DNA of 40,642 nucleotides from Octopus sinensis (Eukaryota), in the NCBI RefSeq assembly GCF_006345805.1, contig NW_021827585.1, positions 1-40,642 on the forward strand, given 5' to 3'. The position numbers were made by a program, and so were the translations under genes. Every line of letters starts with the position of its first letter. Position 1 is the first letter of the stretch. This document shows positions 12,313 to 25,377 of the stretch, piece by piece. The notes beneath the pieces were generated by a model that was given only the letters and a program-made list of their open reading frames with translations, was not told the origin of the DNA and ran no database searches.

Positions 12313-13244
12313 ATAAAATCCAAGCAGACCAACGTGATTACGACTGTGAAGTAGAAAGAATAAAATGGAAAAGTTACAGAAACGAAAGAAATATATTTTG
12401 ATAAGACGTAAACAAGGGGTAAATATACAATAACACAACTGTATGTATGTATGTATGTATGTATGTATGTATGTATGTATGCATGCATGTATGCATGCAT
12501 GTATGCATATGTATATTAGTGTGTGTGCGCGTATATGTATAGAATTGTATAATATATGATATGCTATTATGTTTCAATTGGTATACATACATATACACAC
12601 AGAGACACAGATATATATACATGTACATACATAAATACATACATATATATATGTATATATATATATACATATATACACATACATATACACAATTCAATAT
12701 ACGTGCATACATAAGTAAATATATATACAACAATATGCATATAAATTTATGCAATTTATGTCTATATATAATATATATAATATAATATATATAAATATAT
12801 ATATATGCAGTTATGGTTACGTGGACAGTTAACATTTTTATTACAATTACACATACATACATATATACTTATATATTCATACATATATATAATTTTTATA
12901 TTTAGTTGGGACTGTGAATGTTTGCGAGGCTCTGTGTGTGTGTGTGTGTGAGTGCGCGTACGTGTGTGTGTGTGAATAAAAATGAATACTCAAATATATA
13001 GAAGAGGTATGGTGTTATTACAATAATATCTCTTAAATAGTGTTGATTGATATCGTAATAAAGTCCGCCATTTTGTGTAACACATCGATCAAAGTCTTCT
13101 CTTATCATTATTTGTATTATTTGTTTCTTTCGCTTTATCTCTCTTTTTTCTCTCTGACTTCATAATTCTTTTTCTTATATATTTACTTTCACAATACTTC
13201 ATATAAATCTATCTATCTATATCTATGTATATATCTATCCATCT

Positions 13245-13289
<45 letters not shown>

Positions 13290-13298
13290 ATGTATGTG

Positions 13299-13332
<34 letters not shown>

Positions 13333-13962
13333 ATATATAGGTGTGTGTGTATGCATGTAGATAATGATATCTATCCATCTCTCTCTTTATATATATAATT
13401 ATATATATATATATATATACATACAACACCATCAGTATATACTACATACATACAAACATAATTACATACATACATATATATGTGTATATATATATATGTA
13501 TATTATATATATATATAGATATATAAATATATATATATATATATAATATATATATATATACGTGTGACTGTGTTGTGTGTGTGTGTGATTACAACTTTAT
13601 TGTTTTCCCTTCTTCCTCTTCCTCACTATGTATTATTCGGTTATATCAGCTAACAACTTTACATCAAGACCATCATCTTCATTATCATCACAACTACCAC
13701 CACCACTATCATCATCATTATCATCATCATCATCAACATCACCATCATCCTCAACGCCATCGTCATCGAAATGGTCGTATAATTCCTTTTTGTTTTTTTC
13801 ATTTTTCTATTGTGCCTTTCCTTTATTGCTATTCCTTCGCCGTTTATTATTTTACCTTTTTATCCCGTACACCTAGCCCACATTCATTAACATTCCTTGC
13901 TGCTTCCGTAATTCTGTCTTTCCTTCGTTGAGCTCCTCTCACTTCCTCTCACAACCTCACTT

Positions 13963-13995
<33 letters not shown>

Positions 13996-14070
13996 TTCAC
14001 TTTCACTTTCTCTCTCCTACATACACCTTCCAATTCATATTCTTCTATGTTCAATATTCTGTCACACTCT

Positions 14071-14291
14071 GTCTTTCGTACCTGTGGAGTCGATAGAATA
14101 TGTATCAGTCACGTACTGGTGTCGATGTAGTCGAGTTATCCCTTCCCCTCAAAACTGATGATCTGGTGCCAAAATTTGAAAGAATTATCATTATTATTTT
14201 CTTCATTAGGCACAAGACCCGAAATTTTGGGGGGGGACCCAGTCGATTTGATCGAGTCCAGTTTGTAACTGGTATTTAATATATCGACCCC
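14071..14291. mobile_element. Two SINE family B 3' fragments, tail to tail
   Basis: Plus fragment gtcgatagaatatgtatcagtc...gtcgatgtagtcga, then minus fragment agtcgatttgatcgagtccag...ctggtatttaatatatcgaccccg. Confidence 0.65.
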
Positions 14292-14313
14292 GCGTGTATT
14301 TTTCTTCTTTTAT

Positions 14314-14357
<44 letters not shown>

Positions 14358-14366
14358 CTATATATA

Positions 14367-14418
<52 letters not shown>

Positions 14419-14428
14419 ATATATATAT

Positions 14429-14797
14429 TACTCTTTACTTTACTCTCTTTTACTCGTTTCAGTCAGTTGACTGCGGCCATGCTGAAGCACCGCCTTTAGT
14501 CGAGCAAATCGACCCCGGGACTTATTCTTTATAGCCCCAGTACTTATTCAAACCGCTAAGTGACGTGGACATAAGCACACCAGCATCGGTTGTCTAGCAA
14601 TGCTAGGGGACAAACACAGACACAACAAACTACCCACACACATATATACATATACATATATACGACGGGCTTCTTTCAGTTTCCGTCTACCAAATCCCTC
14701 ACAAGGCTTTGTTCGCCGCCCCGAGGCTATAGTAGAAGAACTCAGGAAACCATGTGGTTGGTAAGCAAGCTACTTACCACACAGCCACTCCTGCGCC

Positions 14798-14800
<3 letters not shown>
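14429..14800 (-). mobile_element. SINE family C copy with internal deletions
   Basis: Highly similar to 34988-35395; ends ...cagccactcctgcgcctat. Confidence 0.9.
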
Positions 14801-14838
<38 letters not shown>

Positions 14839-16104
14839 TATATAATATATATCCACATTCATACGTAGATTTATACAAAACTACACACTACTGTTAACAG
14901 ACTTGATTTCAATATTTTCATTGATACTATTTCGAAAATGTATGAACCTCACCACATATGTCATGTTATCTCTCGCCATACTCATATGCTTACTGAAGAA
15001 TTAAAAAAAAGTACGTCCCTGTCACCACCACCTCCACCACTCCCACCAGCACCACCACCACGACCACCATCATCATCACCACCACCACCACCACCATCAC
15101 CATCATCATCCTCATCATCATCATCATCACTTTCACCATTATTATCACCATGTTCGGAACCATCATCATCATCAGATTCAGTTTCGTATTGATCTCTATG
15201 CGACCGTCGGTCTGTGTGTGAGTGCGTGTATTAGTGTGTGGGTCGTTTACTTGTATCTTTGCCTGTGTACGCGTGAAAATATTTGTGCTTGTGTAATATA
15301 TATATATATACAATTGTCAACATGCCCGTACGTTTATGTGTGCCTGTACAGAAATGCACATGCGTGCGCTTACGAGGTCCTGTTTTCGTCTAGTTGTAAA
15401 TTTTCGTCTATTATATGCGTATATTCGCGCGTTTGTGTGCGAGTGTCCACGTGAAAGTGCACGACTTGTGTTTATATACACACATATAACTGTGCACGTG
15501 CTTGTGTTTGTACGTTTTGTGTGTATTTCTGTGTGCATGTAACTGTACTTATGTGTGTGTGTGGTGTGTGTGAGTGTTTCTCTGTTGTCAAGCACGCGTA
15601 TCTGTTGTCAAATGTGCTCTTGTGTGTCAGCGTGTGTCGCTTGTATACTTAATGAAGGCGGAGGGCGGGAAAATATGAAATAATGATTTCTTGAAATCTT
15701 AAAAGATACAGTGCATACTGGTTAACATTTAACATTATTTTGAAAAATCAAAAAAAAAAAAATAATAAAAAACTTGCTACAAAATAGTGGCGGGGGATAA
15801 TTGAGTGGAGTGATAAAGGAATATTAAATCAAGGAGCGGTGACAAGCACAAAAAACGGTAGCGAAGCGGAAAGATAAAAACAATGTAAGCGATATTAATG
15901 GCAGCATCCACACACCACACACACACACACACACACGACGCACGAACACACGGACACACGAACACAAACACACACAGTCACACACACACACACACACACA
16001 CACACAACACACACACACACACACTCACACACATACGTACATATATACTCACACACATTGAATACCATAAAATAATAATAATAATGATAATAATAATAAT
16101 GATG

Positions 16105-16138
<34 letters not shown>

Positions 16139-16532
16139 CAATAACAAGAACAACAACAATTAGAACTAGCAACAATAATAATGACAACAACAACAAAAAC
16201 AACAACAGCAGCAGCAACAACAGCAACAACAACAACAATAACAATAACAACAACAATAATAATAATAATAATAATAATGCAAGGACGACATAAAGCTAAT
16301 TATTGTTGTTGCGGTCGCGGTACTTCAAGTTTAACATTTTGTTTTAGTTTTGCTTTGTTTTTGTTTATTGGAGGTTTTATCGTCGTTTTGTGCGTGTGTT
16401 TTGTTTTACTCTATATTAATTTTTTTCCCCTTTATTTTACATATTTGTGTATTTGTTTGTGTATTTATTGTATTTTAATTTTTGATAAACTTTCTCTGCC
16501 ATCATTATTAACATGATTATCAATATCATTCG

Positions 16533-17405
16533 TTGCCGTTTTTGTTGTCGATGACGATGATGATGATGATGATGATGATGATGACGACGACGACGACGTT
16601 GACAATTTTGACAATGACACTGATGATGATGATGATTATGATGAAGATGATGATTACGGTGGTGGTGAAGCTGATAATGTCACTGACAACTACAACAGCA
16701 ACAACAACAATAACTATTACTGCTGCTGCTGCTTGCTACTACTACTACTACTACTTCATCGCCACTACTACCAGTCCAACCACCAACACAACCGCAACTA
16801 TCACCAGTACTCCCACCACTACCACAGCCACCCACCACACACCGCCTATGCTGTCACCACCACCATCACCAACACCATCACCATCACGTTCATGTACAGC
16901 ACACACCAATTACTGTTCTTTAGTAGTGGAAGTAGCCGTAGTAAAGTTGGTGGCTGTAGTAATGTGGTGGTGGTAGTAGTAGTAATGGTAATGGTGGAGA
17001 TGGTGATAGTAGTGGTGGTGGTCGTGATGATAGAAGTAGTATTAGTAGTAGCAGTAGTGGTGGTGTTGGTGGTAGTACTGTTCTTGTTATTACTCTCGTT
17101 CTTGTCATGGTGGTTGTGGCGATAGTGGTGGTAGTGGTGTTATTTCTATTTACTGTGTTGTTTTTCTTTTGCCGTGTGCGAGTGTGTTATGCATATGTGT
17201 GTGTGTGTGTGTGTGTGTGTTTGTGCGTGTGTGTGTGTGTGTGTGTGTGATTTAATTGCGATTTTGATATAAACTTCATATGCCTTCATCAACAACGTTA
17301 TCAACATCAATCGATCGCCACAGCCAGCGTCGTTGCTATAACCGTTGTTGTTGCTAATTTTGATGATGATGATGATGATGATGATTACGAGGATGGCATT
17401 ACACT

Positions 17406-17442
<37 letters not shown>

Positions 17443-17443
17443 G

Positions 17444-17474
<31 letters not shown>

Positions 17475-17652
17475 CGCTGCTGCAATCATAATATTCCTTG
17501 TGATTAACAATGAATGTCATCATCATCATCATCATCATCATCATTTCTGTCGTTATCTTCTTCATCATCATTATCATCTTCACTATCAGCATCATCGTCA
17601 ACGGTGCTGCTACGCTTCATTCTTAACCATTGCCATCATCGTTGCTTTCATC

Positions 17653-17684
<32 letters not shown>

Positions 17685-17871
17685 CCATCATCGTATTCAT
17701 CACCACCATCATCTTATTAATCATCATCATCATCATCATCATCATCGTATTCATCATCATCATCACCATCATTATCGCCATCATCGTATTCATCATCATC
17801 ATCATCATCATCGTATTCATCATCATCATCATCGTATTCATCATCATCATCATCATCATCACATCATCGTA

Positions 17872-17920
<49 letters not shown>

Positions 17921-18202
17921 CCTTTATCGTTGATCATCAATCGAAGTCTTCGTCGTCGTTGCTTTCATCAGGGTCTTGTCTTCCCTTTCATCGTTATCAT
18001 GTCGTCCGCTATTGTTATCGTGATGTCATTACGGTCATCGGCGTCATTGTCATGATTATCGATATTATTGTCATCGTAAATGTCATTATCGTGGTTACCA
18101 TCAATCATTAACCATGGACCACCCCACCTCGTCAGCGTCGTCGCCCTTATCAACATCATCATCACTATTGCTACCAGAACACCAGAACTACTACTACTAC
18201 TA

Positions 18203-18237
<35 letters not shown>

Positions 18238-18266
18238 TACTACTACTACTACTACTACTATACTAC

Positions 18267-18302
<36 letters not shown>

Positions 18303-18330
18303 TAATAATAATACGCTCGACATTACTACT
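16533..18330. repeat. Compound trinucleotide low-complexity block (GAT/CAC/GTG/CTA/CAT/AAT)
   Basis: Successive simple repeats; this block explains the poly-His/Met/Ile/Thr ORFs. Confidence 0.9.
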
Positions 18331-18785
18331 CTCATCAACTTTCTTAAATATCATTTCCACTTTCGAGGAAGACGCCGTGTGTTTGCTTGACCTCCTAAAT
18401 ATAGCAGCCAAATCTCTCTCAAGTACACCCTACAGCCTTTGTGAAGGTAAGTATATATTTGAGACTGTAAACCTAGGACGGGGAAATTGATATATAGTTG
18501 GATGGTCTGGACTGGAACGTATTTGACTGTCATTGCTTATCTGGGGGTATAACAGCAATTCTCCATGTGGTCTGCTGGTCTGCAAGTAATAGCAACCAAA
18601 TGTCCCTCAAAACTTTTACTCTATTCTTCCATTTTATCAACACTGCAACCACTAACCATGTCATTATGAATATCATCATCACCACCACTATTACTACTAC
18701 TATACTACCACACCACCATCACCACCATTAAACGCTACTAACACTCTCAAAACCGCTAACACCACCACCATCAATATCATCAACA

Positions 18786-19280
18786 GTGGGGCGCAATGGC
18801 CCAGTGGTTAGGGCAGCGGACTTGTGATCGTAAGAACACGATTTCGATTCTCAGAGTTAGTATTTATAGAGCTAAAACACCTAAGCCGCACGAGGCTCCG
18901 GCGGGGGAAGGGTGAACCGCTGTATTCTGCCACCACAAATTTCTTTCACTCTTTCTTCCTACTTATGAGGAACCTGAGCAGAGAAACCATAGTGTAACCC
19001 ACTTTGGTGTGGTAAACTTTCAGACCCTAGTCTAGAGTGCGAATCCTCTGTACCCCAGAATGGTTCAGCTCTCCACCGGTTGAAAGCCACCGTTTATGGA
19101 ATGAGGATAAGAACGTAGCCTTCGCACCCGTGCAACCGCCAGTCTATCGCGTGTGGTGGATCTTCAAGTTGCTACGCGCATTCTTTGTAGCTTAAAGTAG
19201 GCTCGAATTAGAGACTATTCTCTGTGGCTAATGGCGTGAGTCCTGACTGGAAGAAGAAGAAGAAGAAGAAGAAGAAGAAG
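18786..19280 (+). mobile_element. SINE family A head/core with tail type 2 ending in (GAA)n
   Basis: Head ggcgcaatggcccagtggttagggcagcggact is identical to the 2584 copy. It diverges after the pyrimidine tract (~18960) into an unrelated ~290-bp tail. Confidence 0.85.
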
Positions 19281-19616
19281 ACACAATCAACAACACCATC
19301 GCCATTCCCACCATCAACACAATCATTGTCACTACTACAACTATCAACGCCATCAACGTCGTCGTCATTATTGTCGACATCATCACCACCACAACTGCAT
19401 GTCTATATGTGCATATAGATGTATATATGAATGAATATATATATATACATTTATGCATATATGAATACATGTATATATATATATGAATATATGTACGAAC
19501 GCTACATAGATGTATGTATGTATGCATGTATGTATGTATATATATATATATATATATATATGAATATATATATATATATATATATGAATATATGTACGAA
19601 GGCTACTAGATGTATG

Positions 19617-19652
<36 letters not shown>

Positions 19653-20493
19653 GCACGTAACACATACATATATACGGTGAGCGTGAGTGCGTGTATGTTT
19701 CTATACATGTAATAAATACGTAAATATGTACATATATATGTTTATATATATGTATGTACATACACACACGCACACACGCACACATACATATCAAAGATGC
19801 CTTATTAAAGATTTATTTAGCTTACACATGTTTCGTATAGACTGGCCCAATGCACCCACACCATATAGCAGCATGCATATTTAATCGATTCTTCAATTGA
19901 TCAGTTAATATGCTAGAATTACAGGCCATAATTCTTGACAGCTTTAACGAAGAAAGAAGAAGAAAAATCTCTGAAGCAGATAAAAATCTAATCTAAAACT
20001 TCAAGTGCAAAATGCGATGCTGAAACTATAGCAAGAAAAAGTCCCTACATGGTAAAAATAGAAGAAACTGAACAGAAGAAGCACAGACAAAATAAATTGC
20101 CACTACTGTTTGAGAAATATGGGACTGGCAGTAGAAACTGGAGGGTTCTTAATTGCGACACAAAATCAAAGCATCCTCCCGGGGACAACCTAAATCACGT
20201 AATGGAGCAGAATACAATAAGAAACTGTAGAATATGTGATGAAAAAGAAACAATAAATTCTATTGTTTCTAGCGGCCCAGCCTTGGACAAAAAGGAATGT
20301 ATTCACAGATAGATAGATATATAAATAAATAAATAAATATATATATATAGAGAGAGAGATCAATAAATGGTGGGGTTGTGTTGACCGCACGTGGAGAAAT
20401 GATAAGCAAGGAAAAATTGTAAAAATGCAGAATGCTCGATTGAAAGAAAATTTTAATGAAATGAGAAAATGAAAAAATATATAAATATATATT

Positions 20494-20535
20494 TATTCAA
20501 ACCGGTTTTCGTCATAGTTTGACTTATCAAGAATA
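20494..20535 (-). ncRNA. Minimal type I hammerhead ribozyme (identical copy on the opposite arm)
   Basis: Exact reverse complement of 20673-20714. Confidence 0.7.
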
Positions 20536-20672
20536 GTTAGGTGAAAAGGTTTTTTAAGAATGAGAAAGGGGAAAAAAAGTTGCATTGTTTTTTGCATTTA
20601 TTATTATTCTTTTGCAAAAAACAATGCAACTTTTTTCCCCTTTCTCATTTTTAAAAAACCTTTTCACCTAAC

Positions 20673-20714
20673 TATTCTTGATAAGTCAAACTATGACGAA
20701 AACCGGTTTGAATA
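20673..20714 (+). ncRNA. Minimal type I hammerhead ribozyme (U3-A8 variant)
   Basis: tattc-TTGATAA-gtca(aacta)tgac-GAAA-accggt-TT-gaata. Stems I (5 bp) and II (4 bp) and a palindromic stem III all pair; triplet UUU. Confidence 0.7.
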
Positions 20715-20803
20715 AATATATATTGATATATTTTTTTCATTTTCTCATTTCATTAAAATTTTCTTTCAACCGAGCATTCTGCATTTTTACAATTTTTCCT
20801 TGC

Positions 20804-20900
<97 letters not shown>

Positions 20901-20917
20901 AACATACATATACATAA

Positions 20918-21148
20918 GGCGGCGAGCTGGCAGAAACGTTCGCACGTCGGGCGAAATGCGTAGCCGTATTTCGTCTGTCGTTACGTTGTGAGTTCAAATT
21001 CCGCCGAGGTCGACTTTGCCATTCATAATTTCGAGGTCGATAAATTAAGTACCAGTTACGCACTGGGGTCGATGTAATCGACTTAATCCCTTTGTGTGTC
21101 CTTGTTTGTCCTCTCTGTGTTTAGCCCTTTGTGGGTAGTAAAGAAATA
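20918..21148 (+). mobile_element. SINE family B copy
   Basis: Full-length match to the 10535 copy. Confidence 0.9.
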
Positions 21149-21563
21149 TATATTCATAGACAAGATAAATTTGGTCTTACGTACAGTGGAATTTGCGCCA
21201 GAACATTGGAATGCCAACAAAGAATTTAGGCGTAATTATAACGAATGAAACGTTTCAGAAAATGAAAAAGTAACTGTATTCTGTGATCTGTCAATACATA
21301 CAGACAGGGAGCTCAAGACTAACAGACCAGATATTGTTATCAAGAACTATCAAGTAAATGAAGTATTTTATTTGGTATATCAGTCCAATCAGATGACAAT
21401 ATGCCTCTAAAAGATCTGGAATTATATATGACCTGAATTTGGAATCTGAAAACCAAGAGAATTCTTAAAACGATAGGTGATTTGGATGTGGTTTATAAAC
21501 ACACAAATGTGTAGCCTAAACACTAGGACATAAGAATATATATATATATATATAGATATATAT

Positions 21564-22573
21564 GAAAAACAAGTCAAAAATAGAAAATGCTAAAATAATT
21601 TTATAGTGAACATTTCAGTACCGGTTTCGGTCATTTTGAGACCTTTTCAAACTGTAACGATTAAATAATTAAATTTAGAAAATTAGAAGAAAGTTTTTTT
21701 TAAAGGAATATTTCTATAGTAGTGTTCAGATATAAGTGGCATTCTGCCTTTCTCTGACTCCCTTGTTTGCACTTGTGTGTTCGAGGTCGTTGTGAGTTCT
21801 TGGTAGGTAGTAGAGGAAGAGGGCTGTGAGGAAAGGGGGTGGGAGAATCTGGGAGTGCCCTGATGGTCGTATTTTGAATGGTCAGTGGCGGCTGGCAGTC
21901 TCAGTTCAATTCAGGAGAAATTTATATTGACAGCTTGTTTATAGAATTAGCGTAGGTGTTATACTAAAAACACATTAGTGACAAAGTTAAGGGGTAGGGG
22001 GGTGGAGAAGTAGAAGAAGAAGAAGAAGAAGAAGAAGAAGAGAAGAGGAGAAGGAGAAGATGACGATGATGGTGATGGTGGTGATGATTATGACGACGAT
22101 GATGATGAAATGATGATGAATGAAGAAGAGAAAAGAAGAAGGAGGAGAAGGAGAAGATGGTGGTGATGATGGTGGTGATGATGATGACGACGATGATGAT
22201 GATAATGATGATGATGAAAGAAGAGGAAGAAGAAGAAGAAGAAAAAAACAGAAGGGAGAATATGAATGGGTGTAAATATAGCTATGAAGGGGCTGATTAG
22301 TAATGGATTCTATGGAGTGTAATATTGTGTGTGTATATATTTTTTCTTTTATTCTAAAGTTGAGGTATATTAATTGTTTGTCGTAGACCCGTTAAGAAGT
22401 GGCTTGTATTTTGTATAAAGAGATTTTCTTTACTTATTCGTTGTCTCGAGGTTGTATCGTCCCTAAATTGGTAGAGGGGGAAAATTCTGAAGTTTGGTGT
22501 TTTTTTGTTGGCGCAAGTATCTATGTGTTGGCTAAAAGCTATTTTTCTGTTTTGGGGAATTTTTATCTGGATC

Positions 22574-22578
<5 letters not shown>
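21564..22578 (-). mobile_element. 3' portion of a Penelope-like element (GIY-YIG C-terminus, 3' region, hammerhead-like motif)
   Basis: Minus strand from 22578 reads QIKIPQNRKIAFSQHIDTCANKKTPNFRIFPLYQF...RISKENLFIQ, then after a 1-nt frameshift KYKPLLN. This resembles the E..FI..YKP.LN end of PLE GIY-YIG endonucleases. Both ends abut (TA)n. Confidence 0.75.
21616..21654 (-). ncRNA. Hammerhead-like motif (U3-A8 variant, imperfect stem I register)
   Basis: cag-t-TTGAAAA-ggtc(tcaaaat)gacc-GAAA-ccgg-TA-ctg. Confidence 0.5.
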
Positions 22579-22628
<50 letters not shown>

Positions 22629-22893
22629 ATTTCATATAATTTTCGTAGTATATATATATTTATATATATTTTCGTATATATTTTCAGTATTATATATATA
22701 TATTATATATATATATATATAATACTGAAATTGAACTACTATGCACAGTACATCTAAGTTGCGAAATTTTAAAATAGCAAAAAAAAAAAAAGAGACACTA
22801 AAGCAAACGGGAACGTGTACCCAGGGCACAAAGAGCTGCACCCGGTAGTGCTGTGAAAAGCACGCAATATAATATGACAATTGAATAATAAAT

Positions 22894-22933
<40 letters not shown>

Positions 22934-23874
22934 TAATAATATAATAACAACAATAACAATGACAATGACAATGATGATGATAATGATGATGATGATGATG
23001 ATGATGATGATAATAATAATATCTGCAGCAGCAGCGTCGGTTATGATTCCTTACATAAGTATGTTAAATGAGCTTCTGACACAGACCGACCCCGATTGAT
23101 ATTCTGTGGGAAAGACCGATCTAGTCGTTTGTGACATTAATGTTTCTCATTCTGCATTAATTGCGCAAGGATAGCAAAACCGTCTGGAAATATCGAAAAA
23201 TCTGGATCGTTAATGGGGAGATAACTATATGGAAAGGGGGTCAAAAACAAAACTGAGACTAGTGACAAACGAATAACTAGAAATAAAGAAATATTAACGG
23301 AAAATAAAGCAGAGTAGTAACCAAGTGTATATATATATATATATATATATATTCTATATATATATATATATAATATATATATTATATATATATATATATA
23401 TATAATCGTCACCATCATCCTCTTCGTCTCCATCATCATCATTATCATCATTATCGTCATCACCCCTCACCATCATCATCACATCACTCATCATCATCAT
23501 CATCATCAACATCATCATCATCACCATCAATCCCTATCTCATCATCACCATCATCATCATCATCATCATCACATCATCATCATCATCATCATCATCATCT
23601 TCCTTCTCCGCCTCATTATCATCACCAGCACAACCAATCACTTCTACCATTATCATCATCAATATCGTCATCACCAGCGTCGGCGTCGAAATGGTTATAA
23701 ACATCACCACCATCACCATCATCATCATTTTTATGACTTTATCGACGGCAATGACGACGCTGGCGCTGACCAATTAACACTAATTCCATCAGCGTCATCG
23801 AAAACCAGAAAAATTAAATCAAGGGTTTCCTAATCAGTCATTAATCGTTAACACATTATCAAGGGTAGTGATAT

Positions 23875-23930
<56 letters not shown>

Positions 23931-23933
23931 GTG

Positions 23934-24093
23934 ATAGGAGTGGCTGTGTAGTAAGTAGCTAGCTTACCAACCACATGGTTCCGAGTTCAGTCCCACTGAG
24001 TGGCACCTTGGGCAAGTGTCTTGTACTATAGCCTCGGGCCGACCAAAGCCTTGTGAGTGGATTTGGTAGACAGAAACTGAAAGAAGCCCGTCG

Positions 24094-24139
<46 letters not shown>

Positions 24140-24396
24140 GTGTGTGTGTGTGTGTGTGTGTTTGTGCGCGTGTATATATGTTGTGTATCTGTGTTTGTCC
24201 CCACCCCAACATCACTTGAAAACCGATGCTAGTGTATTTACGTCCCCGTTACTTAGCGGTTCGGCAAAAGAGACCGATAGAATAAGTACTAGGCTTAAAA
24301 AGAATAAGTCCTGGGGTCGATTTGCTCGATTAAAGGCGGTGCTCCAGCGTGGCCATAGTCAAACGACTAAAACAAGTATAAGAGTAAACGAGTATG
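23934..24396 (+). mobile_element. Full-length SINE family C with internal (TG)n
   Basis: tRNA-like head (tggctgtgtagtaag...gagttcagtccc), CORE-like accttgggcaagt, central TA/TG microsatellite and (aagagt)-type tail. Confidence 0.92.
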
Positions 24397-24816
24397 CTCA
24401 GAAACGGGAAAAATAATGAAATAAGTCTGTCTGCATGTGCGTTCCTGTATTCATGTTTACCGGTGTAAACCTATGTATCAAGCTGTATCACTTCATGTTT
24501 AAAACGTAACTTTATCATTGATTGATAAATATGTATCGATCAACTAATTTATTATTCAGACTCTACAAGATGTGTTAAGATCAATAAGATCGATCTGATC
24601 GCCGGAACGGTTGTAATCCATCGACCGGTGCGAATAAACGTGACAATTTTCGTAAAATGTAATATTTTCACTCAATTCACATGATTATCACCAGCTTCTC
24701 GCCGCCATTTAACATGGAAAAAATTATAAAAAGAAAAAAGAAAAAGAAAAGAAAAGAAAAGGAAAAGACAAAAAACAGAAACGATGACCTAAGCAATATT
24801 ATACCGACTATATAAT

Positions 24817-24933
24817 ATATATATATGTGTGTGTGTGTGTATCTGTGTTTGTCCCCACACCAACATCACTTGAAAACCGATGCTAGTGTATTTACGTCCC
24901 CATTACTTAGCGGTTCGGCAAAAGAGACCGATA
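24817..24933 (+). repeat. Internal piece of the neighbouring family C SINE, flanked by an 11-bp direct repeat
   Basis: Near-identical to ~24183-24281; gactatataat at 24806-24816 and 24934-24944. Confidence 0.8.
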
Positions 24934-25046
24934 GACTATATAATGCATAATGCATACATATATACACATCCACGCGTGTGCGCAGTACACACACGCACAC
25001 ACACATACACATATGTATATTGATCGCTAGCTAGCTAGCTAGCTAC

Positions 25047-25130
<84 letters not shown>

Positions 25131-25146
25131 CATATATATAACATAA

Positions 25147-25377
25147 GGCGGCGAGCTGCCAGAAACGTTCGCACGCCGGGCGAAATGCGTAGCTATATTT
25201 CGTCTGCCGTTACGTTCTGAGTTCAAATTCCGCCGAGGTCGACTTTGCCTTTCATCCTTTCGGGGTCGATAAATAAAGTACCAGTTATGCAGTAGGGTCC
25301 ATGTAATCGACTTAATTCTTTTATGTATCCTTGTTTGTCTCCTCTATGTTTAGCCCCTTGTGGGAAATAAAGAAATA
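25147..25377 (+). mobile_element. SINE family B copy preceded by (GATA)n
   Basis: Full-length match; GATA run at ~25048-25130. Confidence 0.9.

Larger units (their letters stand above)
20359..20804. mobile_element. Penelope-like terminal-repeat fragment arranged as a 400-bp palindrome
   Basis: Arms 20405-20596 and 20613-20804 are near-perfect reverse complements with a 16-nt spacer. Each arm carries a hammerhead motif, and the fragment is flanked by TA/GATA repeats. Confidence 0.75.
19960..21535 (+). pseudogene. Decayed RLE-type (R4/Dong-like) non-LTR retrotransposon C-terminus, interrupted at 20310-21150
   Basis: SLHGK, LRNMGLAVETGGFLIATQNQS and a degenerate zinc knuckle CRICDEKETINSIVSSGPALDKKECIHR. 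It resumes at YIHRQD, then SENEKVTVFCDLSIHTDRELKTNRPDIVIK (RPD endonuclease motif). Confidence 0.85.

Noticed and set aside
17500-18111. Histidine-rich protein
   Set aside because: It is a (CAT)n block open in several frames on both strands.
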